Source: a virus. Taken from it: a stretch of DNA of 5,301 bases. The translations under genes and the position numbers were made by a program. Below the pieces are notes generated by a model that searched no databases, had not been told where the DNA came from, and saw only the letters and a program-made list of their open reading frames with translations. Each line of letters begins with the position of its first letter. Within the stretch, counting starts at the first letter, position 1. Of the stretch, positions 5,086-5,301 are shown in pieces. The DNA lies in IMG/VR virus record IMGVR_UViG_3300017782_003020. One strand, given 5' to 3'.

Positions 5086-5301
5086 TTAGTTTCCCGTGCC
5101 TTCTGTTGACTTAGCTCCGCTATCTTTTTTCTCCACTTTTAACTCTATTACCTTTGTATCATCTTTTTTCTGTAATTTCGCTTTAGCGTCTCTTTTAGCT
5201 TGTATGCTTCCTTCAACTTTACTCATTGCTTCTGTTGCTATTTCCCATCGATCTGTCCTAATATTATAAGCACTTTTTACCCCTTCTTTACGTTCCGTAA
5301 A
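5086..5301 (-). CDS. 3' portion of the same junction-spanning ORF. Bases 5179..5301 duplicate codons already seen in 1..123, and the stop codon TAA is at 5088..5086.
   Basis: Continuing the frame across 1->5178 gives KLQKKDDTKVIELKVEKKDSGAKSTEGTGN followed by a stop. The stretch 5086..5301 is 216 nt and open in frame. The total on the circle is 330 nt from the ATG at 237, which is 109 aa plus the stop. Confidence 0.7.
   Translation of the reverse strand, partial: FTERKEGVKSAYNIRTDRWEIATEAMSKVEGSIQAKRDAKAKLQKKDDTKVIELKVEKKDSGAKSTEGTGN
5179..5301. repeat. Terminal direct repeat, copy 2 (identical to 1..123).
   Basis: Same comparison as copy 1. The repeat runs to the last base of the window, as expected for a circular genome read past its start. 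Confidence 0.95.

Noticed and set aside
5176-5188. Short palindrome cgct-tt-agcg at the repeat boundary, which also resembles the cgcttt arm at 4986..4991.
   Set aside because: A 4-bp stem with a 2-nt loop is not stable. It lies inside the wrapped coding sequence, and the window start is an arbitrary assembly breakpoint rather than a biological terminus.
1-5301. Screen for tRNA or other RNA genes, CRISPR repeats, IS or transposon ends, integrase or att sites, and defence or toxin-antitoxin modules.
   Set aside because: I saw no periodic direct repeats, no cloverleaf-capable GC-rich segments and no inverted terminal repeats flanking a transposase-like ORF. Every long ORF is accounted for by phage functions or small phage-sized unknowns. 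The only long repeat is the assembly overlap.

Overview
The window is one complete circular ssDNA phage genome of the family Microviridae, non-phiX type. It has a large Alpavirinae-like capsid protein, judged from memory of the family rather than from a search. Bases 1..123 are identical to 5179..5301, so the unit genome is 5178 nt and the window is a circular contig with a 123-nt assembly overlap. All credible genes lie on the minus strand, so the given strand is the complement of the coding (virion-sense) strand. It is visibly T-rich and low in GC. Gene order in coding direction is: VP2-like pilot/minor capsid protein (4947->3910), VP4-like HUH rolling-circle Rep (3910->2948), two small overlapping ORFs (2812->2552 and 2625->2320), VP1/F-like major capsid protein (2323->266), then a 109-115 aa ORF. 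That last ORF starts at 255 or 237, crosses the circle junction and stops at 5086. The ORF track misses it because the window edge cuts it. Two non-coding gaps remain, 2813..2947 and 4948..5085. The most unusual sequence signal is a pair of G6/C6 stem-loops in this AT-rich genome. One sits inside the 5' end of Rep and one in the 4948..5085 gap, and they share an identical 13-mer. I see no tRNA, CRISPR array, transposon or defence-type system. This is a compact phage, and the items of interest are its replication and regulatory structures, its small unassigned ORFs and the capsid insertion.
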